64,000 nt of DNA from an uncultured Methanobrevibacter sp. (GTDB lineage: Archaea; Methanobacteriota; Methanobacteria; Methanobacteriales; Methanobacteriaceae), in contig NZ_CACYJE010000006.1 of NCBI RefSeq assembly GCF_902774605.1, forward strand, positions 3,818 through 67,817, written 5' to 3'. Positions 1 to 9,794 of this stretch are shown here, in pieces. Under the pieces are notes generated by a model. The model worked only from the letters and a program-made list of their open reading frames with translations, had not been told where the DNA came from and did not search any database. The translations under genes and the position numbers were made by a program. Numbering within the stretch: the first letter of the stretch is position 1; each line of letters opens with the position of its first letter.

Positions 1-326
1 ATTGTTATTTGATTTGAAATCTGAAAAATATTTTTACACCAATCTTTCTCGTTTAAAAACTTAATATAAAATGGATTGTCTTTTCTATCAATGAAAAAGT
101 GATCTCTTAATTTTTTTGCTTTATCAAAAATGGAACCTTGGTCTAAGAATAATAAAATCTTGTTAAATTCTTCATCTGTTAACTCACATTTATTTAATCG
201 TTCCAATTGAATTTTAAAATTAGCAATTAACTCGTCTTCATTTTTAATTTTAATTCTTTCATATCCATTATTTGATAATCTTTTAATCAAATTCTCTTCT
301 AAAACTGCTTCACTTTGAGTTGACAT
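1..326 (-). CDS. hsdR: Type I restriction-modification R subunit (HsdR), N-terminal part; runs off the left edge
   Basis: Manual translation from ATG at 326: MSTQSEAVLEENLIKRLSNNGYERIKIKNEDELIANFKIQLERLNKCELTDEEFNKILLFLDQGSIFDKAKKLRDHFFIDRKDNPFYIKFLNEKDWCKNIFQISNQIT. Resembles the HSDR_N start (SE..LE..LI..L...GY; IF.KAK.LRD; W.KN.FQ..NQ). GGTAAT SD-like sequence upstream. Not in ORF track. Confidence 0.8.
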   Translation of the reverse strand, partial: MSTQSEAVLEENLIKRLSNNGYERIKIKNEDELIANFKIQLERLNKCELTDEEFNKILLFLDQGSIFDKAKKLRDHFFIDRKDNPFYIKFLNEKDWCKNIFQISNQIT

Positions 327-583
327 TTTAATTACCTACAAATAATTAGAAAATATACATATCTTGTTATTAACTATATTTTTCTTCATTAATAACAATT
401 TTGTAAAAGGAATACCATTTATTGGTAAATTTGAAATTTAGAACCCATAATTTAGTAACCCATTAAAAAAGAGTTTTTACAGGTAATTAAAAAAAACAGT
501 GATAATAAAATAATTTTATTTATATCAATACAAAGATTCGTTGAAAACTTAAAAAAAATAGAAAATTAAGGATTAATCAATCC

Positions 584-2506
584 TTACTTAATTTTAATGC
601 TTGATTTTTTCGAAACATCATAATTCTTGCTTTTAGATGTGATCTCCACCTTATGGTTTCCACGTTTCAGCTTCTTAGTGTTCAGCTTGGCGACACCCTT
701 CTTGTCAGTTTTGAGAACGTAAACCTTATACTTCTTGCCGGTGAAGACCTTGACCTTGATTTTGAGCTTAGGAACGATTTTTCCTGAGGCCTTGTTCTTG
801 ACTGTTATCTTGAAGTATTTTGATTTTTTGTACTTTGCAGTCATCTTCTTGGCCTTGACGGTTGTCTTTGCCTTCTTGACTGTCAGGGTGAATGTCTTTT
901 TGGGGAAGGTGGAGTATTTGCTGTTGGGCATTATGACAATCTTGTGCTTTCCGACGGACAAGTCGGAGGTTATCCTGAAGTATGCCTCGGCGCGATTCTC
1001 ATTGTCCGCATTGTAGTAGTAGAGCTTGTATTTCTTTCCTGTGTAGACCTTGAATATTGCCTTAACATGACCCACTGCCCCGTATCCGTCTTCTGTCTTC
1101 TCGCTTATGGTCACCTCGAACCTTTTGCGTGAATCATAGGTTGTGGTGGTGAAGCTGGCATACATTGCCTTGAATGTGAACTTATCGCTCTTCGGCGCTT
1201 GATGGGTTGAGTTAGTTGACTTGAAGTTGGATGCCATGAGATAGATCTGTGAGCCCTTGGAGTCCTTTCTGGTGGTTATGCTAGTGTTTTCGAGGTTGAT
1301 GTTGGTGCATGTGGCATATATTGCGCCTCCCTCGACTGTTGCAACGGAATCAGTGATTGTTGAGTTGACGATGGTGAGGTACTTGTCGATTTTCTCGCCG
1401 CAGCCCACGTACTCGTAATTGTAGATGACGCTTCCCTTCTGGGCAGTGTTTCCTGTGAAGTTTGAGTTTGCAATTGTTGCCTTGCCCAGCGTGTTGAATA
1501 CCGCACCGTTCTTGGCCTGATTGCCTGTAAAGACTGAATTGTTGATGTTGACCTCAGAGTGTGAATCGATTATGCTTTCCTTGTTGGATGCGAATGTGCA
1601 ACCGTCGATGTTGAGGCGAACCGCCCACATCATGAGGAATGTGGTGTGGGTGGAGCCTGTGAATTGCGAGTTGATTACATCAAGCACAGTATTTTCGGTT
1701 ATCTTCCCATCAGGGTTTCCGAAAAATGAGATTTCCCCGTAATTGTTGGCGAACCTGGAATCCCTTATGATGGAATGCTTTTCAGTGTATAGCACAGGCA
1801 CGGTATTGTCCTTGAATGTGCAGTTGTCAAAGCTTGACATTGTATTGTCCAGGTGGATGAGGTCTGCTGGAGATGCCATCTTGGCGTAGTCGAGCTTGTG
1901 GCTTGAAAAGACAGTGTTTTTCGCATCCAATTGACCGTCCTCCACACCTACTGCAAGTGCAATGTTTGCGTTGGTGTTTGAGGTGAATGTTGAGTTGACC
2001 AAGCTCAATTTACCGCCCTGTGCATAGATTCCAGCGTAGTCTGTGTCCGCATCGTAGAGGTATTCGTAAGGGATGTAGGTGAGCTTGCCGCCTCCGTTGG
2101 TGAATGTGCAGTTCACTATTAGAAGTTCAGTGTTCTTTGAAAAGAGCGCAACCCCTTTCGCGTTGGCAAAGTTTATGTCCTTCAGGGTCAATTTCTTGGA
2201 GGTGACCTCCATGATCGAGGATTTCTTTGCGGCGTCGAGCCTTGCGCCTTTTCCATCGATTGTTATTGACTTTGAAACCTTGATCGGTGAGCCGGAGCCT
2301 GTGTAGGTTATCCTGTCAAGTTCCACGGTGTCCCCGTCGTTGGATGAGGAGACCGTCTTTTGAATGTCTGCAAACGTGTTTCCTGAAACGGCAGTATCCA
2401 AGGCATCGCCCTCGCCGGCCATCGTGAGGTTGTCCTCGGCGGACACTGCCCCCACGGCGATGATGAGCAGGATTGCGGATAATGCCATTAATGCTTTGAG
2501 TCTCAT
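584..2506 (-). CDS. Adhesin-like surface protein (signal peptide, beta-helix/pectin-lyase-like repeats, Lys-rich Ig-like C-terminal domains)
   Basis: Likely start MRLKALMALSAILLIIAVGAVSA at 2506 (signal peptide). FxxN-x-A-xxGG-type repeats; C-terminal VFTGKKYK..KT.KKGVA module. Confidence 0.8.
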   Translation of the reverse strand: MRLKALMALSAILLIIAVGAVSAEDNLTMAGEGDALDTAVSGNTFADIQKTVSSSNDGDTVELDRITYTGSGSPIKVSKSITIDGKGARLDAAKKSSIMEVTSKKLTLKDINFANAKGVALFSKNTELLIVNCTFTNGGGKLTYIPYEYLYDADTDYAGIYAQGGKLSLVNSTFTSNTNANIALAVGVEDGQLDAKNTVFSSHKLDYAKMASPADLIHLDNTMSSFDNCTFKDNTVPVLYTEKHSIIRDSRFANNYGEISFFGNPDGKITENTVLDVINSQFTGSTHTTFLMMWAVRLNIDGCTFASNKESIIDSHSEVNINNSVFTGNQAKNGAVFNTLGKATIANSNFTGNTAQKGSVIYNYEYVGCGEKIDKYLTIVNSTITDSVATVEGGAIYATCTNINLENTSITTRKDSKGSQIYLMASNFKSTNSTHQAPKSDKFTFKAMYASFTTTTYDSRKRFEVTISEKTEDGYGAVGHVKAIFKVYTGKKYKLYYYNADNENRAEAYFRITSDLSVGKHKIVIMPNSKYSTFPKKTFTLTVKKAKTTVKAKKMTAKYKKSKYFKITVKNKASGKIVPKLKIKVKVFTGKKYKVYVLKTDKKGVAKLNTKKLKRGNHKVEITSKSKNYDVSKKSSIKIK

Positions 2507-2628
2507 GTAACTTATTATGTACCTTAATGATATAAAAAAGGTATGAAAAAATACTCCATTCAACCGCATTTCATACCTGCAATCGAAAAAAATAAGAAAA
2601 AAAGAAATGAAAAGAAAATTTGATTTCT

Positions 2629-4416
2629 CTAATTTAGGCAATTGTTAACCCAATTGATGAAATTGGTGGTTGAATCACCTGTTCTTTCGGCTTGAGTGTG
2701 ACCCTGTCCCCATACAGTGGAGAATTCCACATTATCAGAGCCGGATTTTGCCAGAACTGCAAGGTAAAGGTTCACGTCAACACATTGGGAAGTGTCCCCC
2801 TGTTCGATGCCGGTGTTTATCCTCCAATATTTTGCCACATCAGAGCTTCCTGCTCCGTCATAGTAATCGCAGAGGTAGTACATTGGATTGTACATGTTAA
2901 CACGAGTTTCCATCGTATTGTTCTCGGAATCTCTTTTAGCCAGGTCTGCACTGTACTGGGTTGCGTACTCATTGGAGTAGTCACTGTATCGTGAGTACTC
3001 ATCAGAGTTGTTTGCAAGCAGACTGCTGACGGTCTTGTCGAAGTGTGCTGAACCGTTGGCGTCAAGGCCTAATAGTCCGTTTTCTGCCTGTGAACGATTC
3101 AGGTCATCGAATGCTGGAACTGATTTGGATGGGCTTTTGCAATGCTTTACAAATGCCTCGAAAGATGTGATTTTAGCAGTGTTTGTGCTTGCATCATACT
3201 TGATCCATGTTTCATTGCCGTTAAGTGAGTCAACGTAATCCTGTGCGGTTTCATAGCTTTCAGAATCATCTGATGAATCTGTTGACATGTCAGCGGTAGG
3301 TGCTTCACCTGATGGTGCTTCTCCACCCATGTCGCCTGAAGGTGCTTCACCTGAAGGCATGCCTCCCATTGCCCCCATGCTTGATGGAGTGTATGGGAAT
3401 GTGGTGTCGTTTAGGAAATTGTTCAATGACTCTTCTGTGACGCTTAACAAGTAGTCATAGTAGCTTCCAGCGGCATATGTTCCTTTTTCGCTTTGCTCAA
3501 GTGTCAAAGTATTGCCGTTTGGATCCTTAAGTCCCAATTCATTTATATAACTCGCGTATTCGCCTGCAAGGTCATTGCTCAATTCACCTGTGAATGAATT
3601 GTTGCTCCTGGCGTATTGGCCCATGTTCCACTCATAGGCGGCATCCGCAGTGTCGAGGCTGGTTATAGGGCACCAGCACATTGCACCTGCGATGGCATTG
3701 GACAGGCCGTTTCCGTTCTTGTCGACCATTGCTGCCTGGATGCTTTCAAGGTATGGATTGTAGAGTTCACTGTTTCCGCTCGCCCCCATTATTGCGGATT
3801 GCGCTCCGCCTCCACTGTGGCCGAATGTGAATATCTTTTCAGCGTTTCCCGGCAGGACATCGCCGTTGAATCGGTAGTATGTGACTGCTGCCTTGAGGTC
3901 TGTGACTCCATCAGGGGCTTCGGCATTGTCTCTTCCACGGCATCCTGCATTCAGGTATATGAATCCTGCGTCAGTGTAGGATTTGACCTCATTGGCATTG
4001 TATGCTGTCGGCGCTGTGCATGATGAGTATCCTGGAGTGTTTACAGGCATCACGATCGGCGCTTCGGATGCAGTGTAGTTTCCAACCTTGGCGTCGCTTT
4101 TAAGTTTGCATGTGTATGTTCCGTTTGCGTTTTTTGTTGCCTCGAAGTATTTTCCAGGCACGTAGATTCCACAGGACTCATAGGCCGTGTCTTCTGGGTT
4201 CATGCAGTATACGAGTCCTATCTGATAGTATATGTCGTTTGTTTCATCATAACTCCAGTTGCTCATGTCAATAGCCAGTTTTTCATTTAATAATGTTGCA
4301 TTATATGATGGGCCGTCGCCTGATGAATGGTTACTGTTTCCCAAGAGGGCGAAGGCACCAGCAATGGCTATTATTATGATTGCAATGATTATGATGATTT
4401 TATACATGTTTTTCAT
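2629..4416 (-). CDS. Subtype B tannase-like alpha/beta hydrolase, N-terminal membrane anchor
   Basis: GHSGGGAQS nucleophile elbow, MPVNTPGY, AGCRGRD, WCPITSLDTADAAYEW, WRINTGIEQGDTS, STVWGQGHTQAER. These motifs resemble TanA-type tannases; hydrophobic N-terminus. Confidence 0.75.
   Translation of the reverse strand: MKNMYKIIIIIAIIIIAIAGAFALLGNSNHSSGDGPSYNATLLNEKLAIDMSNWSYDETNDIYYQIGLVYCMNPEDTAYESCGIYVPGKYFEATKNANGTYTCKLKSDAKVGNYTASEAPIVMPVNTPGYSSCTAPTAYNANEVKSYTDAGFIYLNAGCRGRDNAEAPDGVTDLKAAVTYYRFNGDVLPGNAEKIFTFGHSGGGAQSAIMGASGNSELYNPYLESIQAAMVDKNGNGLSNAIAGAMCWCPITSLDTADAAYEWNMGQYARSNNSFTGELSNDLAGEYASYINELGLKDPNGNTLTLEQSEKGTYAAGSYYDYLLSVTEESLNNFLNDTTFPYTPSSMGAMGGMPSGEAPSGDMGGEAPSGEAPTADMSTDSSDDSESYETAQDYVDSLNGNETWIKYDASTNTAKITSFEAFVKHCKSPSKSVPAFDDLNRSQAENGLLGLDANGSAHFDKTVSSLLANNSDEYSRYSDYSNEYATQYSADLAKRDSENNTMETRVNMYNPMYYLCDYYDGAGSSDVAKYWRINTGIEQGDTSQCVDVNLYLAVLAKSGSDNVEFSTVWGQGHTQAERTGDSTTNFINWVNNCLN
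3298..3380 (-). repeat. In-frame low-complexity repeat (GEAPSG x3) inside the tannase-like gene
   Basis: GGTGCTTCACCTGA-like units recur; protein MGGMPSGEAPSGDMGGEAPSGEAPTAD. Confidence 0.7.
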
Positions 4417-4508
4417 GATTATTCACCATCCAATTTTTATAATCTTAACAACTCCCAAGTAATATTTAATATTTACCCCGATTCCATGAGAGGTTTTCCA
4501 GAATATGA

Positions 4509-5174
4509 ATGTATGAAAAATATTACGTATCTTTTCAGCAGAATAATTCAAAACCCAAACGCCGCAACACTACAAAAGAAAAAATCAAGACAAGCGTCCA
4601 GGCGGATGAAAAGGCCGTGAAGTACAAGAAAAGCTCATACTTTAAAATCAAGCTGCAGGACAAGAACAAGACATTGCTTAAAAACGTGAAACTGAAAGTG
4701 ACCGTCAAATCAGGAAATAAAATTAAAGTATTCAACATCAAAACGAACTCCAAGGGAATCGCCCAATTCAACACTAAAGGCTTGAAAGTCGGCAAGTATT
4801 CTGTAAACATCACTGCCGATGACGACAACTATACCGTGACCAAAACATCAAAGATTTTTGTCGGAAAACAATACTCAGTCCTTGTTCGCTTTTCAAAGAT
4901 TAAAACCCTGAAAAACAAGGATAAAATCAGACTCAAAGTCCTCTATGACAAGGATAAGGGAAAAGAGGTTACAATTGTCTTTAAAAACAAGGAGAAATAC
5001 ACTAAAATCTTAAAGGCGAAATTCATTTTCTACAAGCCATCAACAAGGAAGACCGTTTCAAAAATGGAATACAGCAAATTTAAAAACGGCAAGTGGGAAA
5101 ATCCGGATAAGGACTACACATTCAGATACCAGATATGGAAGGCAAGAGTGTATTACATATCCTATAAGGCATGA
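4509..5174 (+). CDS. Lys-rich Ig-like adhesin-type module protein, no signal peptide (possibly 5'-truncated)
   Basis: KTNSKGIAQFNTKGLKVGKYSVNIT is homologous to the C-terminal module of the 584..2506 adhesin. Confidence 0.55.
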   Translation: MYEKYYVSFQQNNSKPKRRNTTKEKIKTSVQADEKAVKYKKSSYFKIKLQDKNKTLLKNVKLKVTVKSGNKIKVFNIKTNSKGIAQFNTKGLKVGKYSVNITADDDNYTVTKTSKIFVGKQYSVLVRFSKIKTLKNKDKIRLKVLYDKDKGKEVTIVFKNKEKYTKILKAKFIFYKPSTRKTVSKMEYSKFKNGKWENPDKDYTFRYQIWKARVYYISYKA

Positions 5175-5630
5175 CGATATCACTCCCCCCCCCCCACATC
5201 TATTTTTTTTAAGCGTGAAACTTCATTTTGATTGAATTAACCTCATCAATATCAGACATTGTAAAGTGCAACAATCCCTGCTTTAGCGGTTGATGATCAT
5301 CACACTTGCATCGAAACATGTGCAAAATATCGCCCATCCATCATATCAAATCAATGATTGCGGAAAAAACAGCATGTCCAAGAGGGTTGATGCATACGAA
5401 ATTGTCAGAAAAGAAATAATTAAAGTAACTTTCAAAGCAAATAATTAATGAGACCATAATTTAAAGGAATGTGAAAAACAAACCCCCATTCAAAGGGGCT
5501 GTTGATCACATTTTGTCATACGATTTTTTTCGACATTAACCGAAAAATATGTTTTTCCCAAATAAAAAAGGCATATGTCCCACCCGCCTAACCCAAAAAT
5601 ATGAACTGGAAAAGAATAATCATTCCATAT

Positions 5631-8273
5631 TCACTTGAAAATGCACATTGTTTCATCCTTTTTCATGTCATGATAGAATTCCGCCTTATCCTCCTTGAAG
5701 TCGATGACCTGAACCATATCATAAATTTCCTCGGCCAAATCGGGATTAATATCCCTCAGCATATTAGGATACTCATAAATCATGTCCCTGTTAAACTCTA
5801 TCTTCTTGTCGTTTTCAAACAGTGCCCCGTAATAGATTTCCGCTTCCACCAGATCCTGGAACATATGGCTTCCAAAGGACAACTCAGGCATATAGCCGAC
5901 TTCACTGTATGCCTCCTCAAGGATTGCGGTGAAATGGCTGATGTCAGCAAACACCACTGGTATGCCCAATTCCGGGGAGGAGGTTCCTATCCTACCCGGA
6001 ACAATGAGAATGGATGTCCTGCCATTGTCCCTGCAGTATGCGTTCACGTCACTGATTACCCTTGAAAGCGAGCTTTTCCCAGCATACGGGTACTCATAGT
6101 ACCTGTGAGGGTCAACATAACAGATTGTGTCAATCCGGTCTTTCCGGGACATTCCCATTGATGAGTCCTTGATGTGGAAGAACACGTTTGCATCCTCAGG
6201 CATTTCAATATCCTCATCGTTGAGGGAAACCTGAAGCGGTCGGCATTGAAGGAGGTTGATGTTGAATGAATTGTCCTCACCGACATTTACAGTGTATTCA
6301 ATGTCGACCGGGTAATCATAGGCGGTTTGAAGAGTGTTTAAAATATTCTTCATCACACCAATGAACTCCTTATTCCTCACCATGCCCTCACAGTTGACGA
6401 ACACTATCTCCCTTGACTGTCCACGGTCACGGAACATTCTTTCGGCTTCACGGTCATGCTCTATCAATACCCTTTTGGCATGCCTTGGAATCACCTCCAA
6501 TCCCTCATCGACAGGAACGTCATGAAGGGAAATGTTTTTAAGGTCAATGACATCAAGGTAATGCTGGGAATACCTATGCTTCTCCTTGATGTCCTTGGTT
6601 AACGTGACTTCGGGCTTGTCGAGATTGATTATTCTCGGATAGTCCTTCTTGGTCCGGTCCACAGCCTTGGTGCCGAGACCCATCACCAGCCTCAGCATCC
6701 CCTTGCTGTTGTCCATATCAGGCAATGGGGAGTAGGGACTGTAGGAAAATCCGACGCCAGCGGCGGTCGGGAAGAAATAATCATCACAATAGGAGCCTGA
6801 AACCCTCTGAACCAGCAATGCCATCTGCTCATCAGTATCATCCAATCCATTTATCTTACGGTACTCCAGTGCGGAAATGTTCATGGTGCTTGAATATACT
6901 ATCTTGACTGCTTCCTCAAAAGCCTCGAGGCGTTCTTCAAGGCTTCCCCTGTTTACGCAGAACACTGACTCGTACTTCCCTGCGAACGCGTTGCCGTAAC
7001 CGTCCTCAAGAAAACTGCTTGACCTTACGATGATAGGGTTTTGGCCGAAGTAATCCAGTATCTGAATGAAGCCCTTTTTAATCTCATCGGAGAAAACCCC
7101 TTCCTTCAGGGCTTTCTCCAGTTTCGCACCGTACTCATAATACCCTTCCTTGGTTCTCTGATTCACCCTCAAGTCCCAAAGGTCATTTGATACAATGTAA
7201 GTGTAAAACAGGTCAGACCCTATGTAGAATGAATCATCCGGTTCGAAAACCTCCCTGTAGATTTCTGGACTGTTCTTTTCAATGATTTTCCTTGCAAGAA
7301 GCATTCCGCAGGTCTTACCCCCGACCAGTCCGCTTCCCACGCGACGGTCATAGATTGTGAGGTAATCCTCGAAAGTGAAGTATTCCTTGATTTTGGAAAG
7401 CATGCGCTCATCCTTGGTCATCATGAGCTCGCAGATCTTATCGCACTCATCATCAATATCCTTGCCCTCAGCATACTCCCTCCTGACCTGTAGCATGTAG
7501 CGCTCCCAACTGTCGAGTGTCTGGCCGTTCTGGTAGATGTCTGAGTTTATTGTCTTGTAGTAGCGACTCAGATCCTGACCATCCTGCAGAACCTTAACAG
7601 AACCTGTGAGGATGTTGAACTTATGACCCAGAAACATTGTCTGGGAGTATCGGTTCCAAACCTTCAATGGCGAGAAGTAAATCTCCTCAGGAGAGTTTGA
7701 GTACACGTTCAGGAACAATTGCGTGGTCTCCCTGATTTTTGCTATGGCATCATAGGAGTGCCTGCCCCTTATTATCGGGAAATAGGCAATAGTGTCCAAT
7801 TGGAAGAGGAAGGGGCATGTTACCTTGAAGAAGTTGCCCATCATCAAATCAGTTGACCACACCGCCTGCAGATCGCTTAGACAGTCAAAGACATAAAACG
7901 CGTCACGACCCTCCTTTTCAATTATCCTGTGCACTTCCAGGGTGAATGTCTCGAACTGGTTGTATGGATTGACCTTATATATCTTAATCCCGTCACGCTG
8001 TATCATGCAGAACTCATTGTCCTGATTGTTTTCCTCTAGCTCGAGCAACAGATAATCCTCATCAGTCATCTCTATCAACGGTTCATGATTGGCGAACCTG
8101 ATATAGATCAGGTTCCTATTGTCCTTTTTTGCCTGCTTAACGTATGGGTCGACAAAGTAGGAGAACTCATTGAGATTAGTGACATTCCACACTACATTAT
8201 CCCCTAAACGAATATTGTCCAAAGCCGCATCAAGCCCTGGAATTCCTGATTTAGCCCTTTCAAACGCTGCCAT
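5631..8273 (-). CDS. PEP/pyruvate-binding (PPDK_N ATP-grasp) domain protein with degenerate KaiC/RecA-like N-terminus
   Basis: IIVRSSSFLEDGYGNAFAGKYES, MALLVQR, GLGTKAVD, DIEYT, LLQCRP (PPDK_N motifs). N-terminal KSGIPGLD. No C-terminal PEP-binding TIM barrel. Confidence 0.8.
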   Translation of the reverse strand: MAAFERAKSGIPGLDAALDNIRLGDNVVWNVTNLNEFSYFVDPYVKQAKKDNRNLIYIRFANHEPLIEMTDEDYLLLELEENNQDNEFCMIQRDGIKIYKVNPYNQFETFTLEVHRIIEKEGRDAFYVFDCLSDLQAVWSTDLMMGNFFKVTCPFLFQLDTIAYFPIIRGRHSYDAIAKIRETTQLFLNVYSNSPEEIYFSPLKVWNRYSQTMFLGHKFNILTGSVKVLQDGQDLSRYYKTINSDIYQNGQTLDSWERYMLQVRREYAEGKDIDDECDKICELMMTKDERMLSKIKEYFTFEDYLTIYDRRVGSGLVGGKTCGMLLARKIIEKNSPEIYREVFEPDDSFYIGSDLFYTYIVSNDLWDLRVNQRTKEGYYEYGAKLEKALKEGVFSDEIKKGFIQILDYFGQNPIIVRSSSFLEDGYGNAFAGKYESVFCVNRGSLEERLEAFEEAVKIVYSSTMNISALEYRKINGLDDTDEQMALLVQRVSGSYCDDYFFPTAAGVGFSYSPYSPLPDMDNSKGMLRLVMGLGTKAVDRTKKDYPRIINLDKPEVTLTKDIKEKHRYSQHYLDVIDLKNISLHDVPVDEGLEVIPRHAKRVLIEHDREAERMFRDRGQSREIVFVNCEGMVRNKEFIGVMKNILNTLQTAYDYPVDIEYTVNVGEDNSFNINLLQCRPLQVSLNDEDIEMPEDANVFFHIKDSSMGMSRKDRIDTICYVDPHRYYEYPYAGKSSLSRVISDVNAYCRDNGRTSILIVPGRIGTSSPELGIPVVFADISHFTAILEEAYSEVGYMPELSFGSHMFQDLVEAEIYYGALFENDKKIEFNRDMIYEYPNMLRDINPDLAEEIYDMVQVIDFKEDKAEFYHDMKKDETMCIFK

Positions 8274-8304
8274 AAATTATCTCTCCTTAAACTCGATTAA
8301 TCAC

Positions 8305-9792
8305 CTAGTACTGTGTACTCACCATCGGCACGCCAGTCAGCTGTGAAGCCTCCATGGTCAATGATACAAGGTCCTGACGCTCAAGATTTTCAATATCGGT
8401 GTTGCCTGCCTGCTGGGTCAGAGAGGTTACTTCCTGAGTCATTGCCTCAATATAATTGGCGACCTGCTGTCCTTTCCTGATCGGGTCAAGTCTTCTTCTA
8501 AGCACCTTGTCCTGTGTTGCGATTCCTTTCGGACAGATTCCTTCAGAACATGACTGGCAAACCTTGCATCCAATGGATATCAATGCAGAAGTGGCGACAT
8601 AAACCGCATCAGCACCCAGTGCAATGGCCTTAGCCACATCTGCACCGGAGCGAATGCCACCTGCAGCCACGAGACTGACCTCGCTTCTCAGGCTAATCTC
8701 TTTTAGAGCATCATCCGCTCTTACTATTGCCTCTATTGTTGGAATGCCCGCGTGTTCTGTGACAACCTCAGGTCCTGCACCTGTACCTCCCTGCATACCG
8801 TCAACAACTATAATGTCTGCACCGGCCTTTGCGGCGATTTTAACATCCTGCTCCACTCTGCCGGATGCGAACTTAACTATGATTGGGATTTTCCAGTCGG
8901 TGATTTCCCTCAACTGGTCTATTTTCATGCCCAAATCCTCAGGCCCCACAATGTCCATGTGCCTTGCCGGGCTCAATGCGGAGGTTCCCTCAGGGATGTT
9001 GCGCACTCGTGCAACTTCAGCAGTCACCTTGTGTGCGAGCAAATGTCCGCCCATACCTGATTTTGCACCCTGACCAATCTTGATTTCCACCGCTTCAGCA
9101 TTGTTTAGGTACTCTGCGGAAACCCCAAATCTTCCAGAGGCATACTGTGCAATCAATTTATCTGCGTAATGCCTTTCTTCGGGAAGCATTCCTCCTTCAC
9201 CGGTGTTTGTGATTGTGCCTGCCTTGCTGCTTCCAATAGCCAATGCCATTTTAGCCTCCTTGCTCAGTGCACCAAAAGACATTGCCCCGATCATTATTGG
9301 AGTGTTGATTTCAATCGGGTTTTCAGCGAACCTGTCGCCGAGAACGACTGATGTCTTGCAGGTTTCACGATAGGAGTCTATTGGAGGTCTTGAGACTTGT
9401 GCCGGAAGCAGGCTCAAGTCGTCGAATGTCGGTATTTTCCTGGTAAGTCCGCAACCCCTGACCTTGTAGGAGCCGGATTGGCTTTTTCGCTTGATTTCAA
9501 CCATTGTTGAATTTGACCAGATTCCCCTTCCCTCATCGGCAAGAGGCCTTACATATATTGCATGGGTAGGACACATTTCCTCACATATCTTACATCCCAC
9601 ACAATTCTCCTGATGAATTGGCAACGGCTCGTCATTAATCACCTCGTAAACCCCATGAGGACAGTTTGAATAGCAGCTGTAACAGTTCTTACATGCAGCC
9701 CTTTTGGGATTGTCGCATAGATACCAGCAGCATCCTGGCCGATCATTGCTCTGCTTGCATATCTCTATTTTACGCTCAACTGTAAATGACAT
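8305..9792 (-). CDS. gltB2: Glutamate synthase FMN-binding subunit (GltB domain 2) with N-terminal 2x[4Fe-4S]
   Basis: GAMSFGALS, NTGEGG, QYASGRFGV, EIKIGQGAKSGMGGHL, DGMQGGTGA, CKVCQSCSEGICPKGIATQD; ferredoxin CxxCxxCxxxCP x2. Confidence 0.93.
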   Translation of the reverse strand: MSFTVERKIEICKQSNDRPGCCWYLCDNPKRAACKNCYSCYSNCPHGVYEVINDEPLPIHQENCVGCKICEEMCPTHAIYVRPLADEGRGIWSNSTMVEIKRKSQSGSYKVRGCGLTRKIPTFDDLSLLPAQVSRPPIDSYRETCKTSVVLGDRFAENPIEINTPIMIGAMSFGALSKEAKMALAIGSSKAGTITNTGEGGMLPEERHYADKLIAQYASGRFGVSAEYLNNAEAVEIKIGQGAKSGMGGHLLAHKVTAEVARVRNIPEGTSALSPARHMDIVGPEDLGMKIDQLREITDWKIPIIVKFASGRVEQDVKIAAKAGADIIVVDGMQGGTGAGPEVVTEHAGIPTIEAIVRADDALKEISLRSEVSLVAAGGIRSGADVAKAIALGADAVYVATSALISIGCKVCQSCSEGICPKGIATQDKVLRRRLDPIRKGQQVANYIEAMTQEVTSLTQQAGNTDIENLERQDLVSLTMEASQLTGVPMVSTQY

Positions 9793-9794
9793 TC

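Noticed and set aside
5631-8273. Calling the gene ppsA (PEP synthase)
   Set aside because: The C-terminal PEP-binding barrel is absent and there is an extra N-terminal domain.
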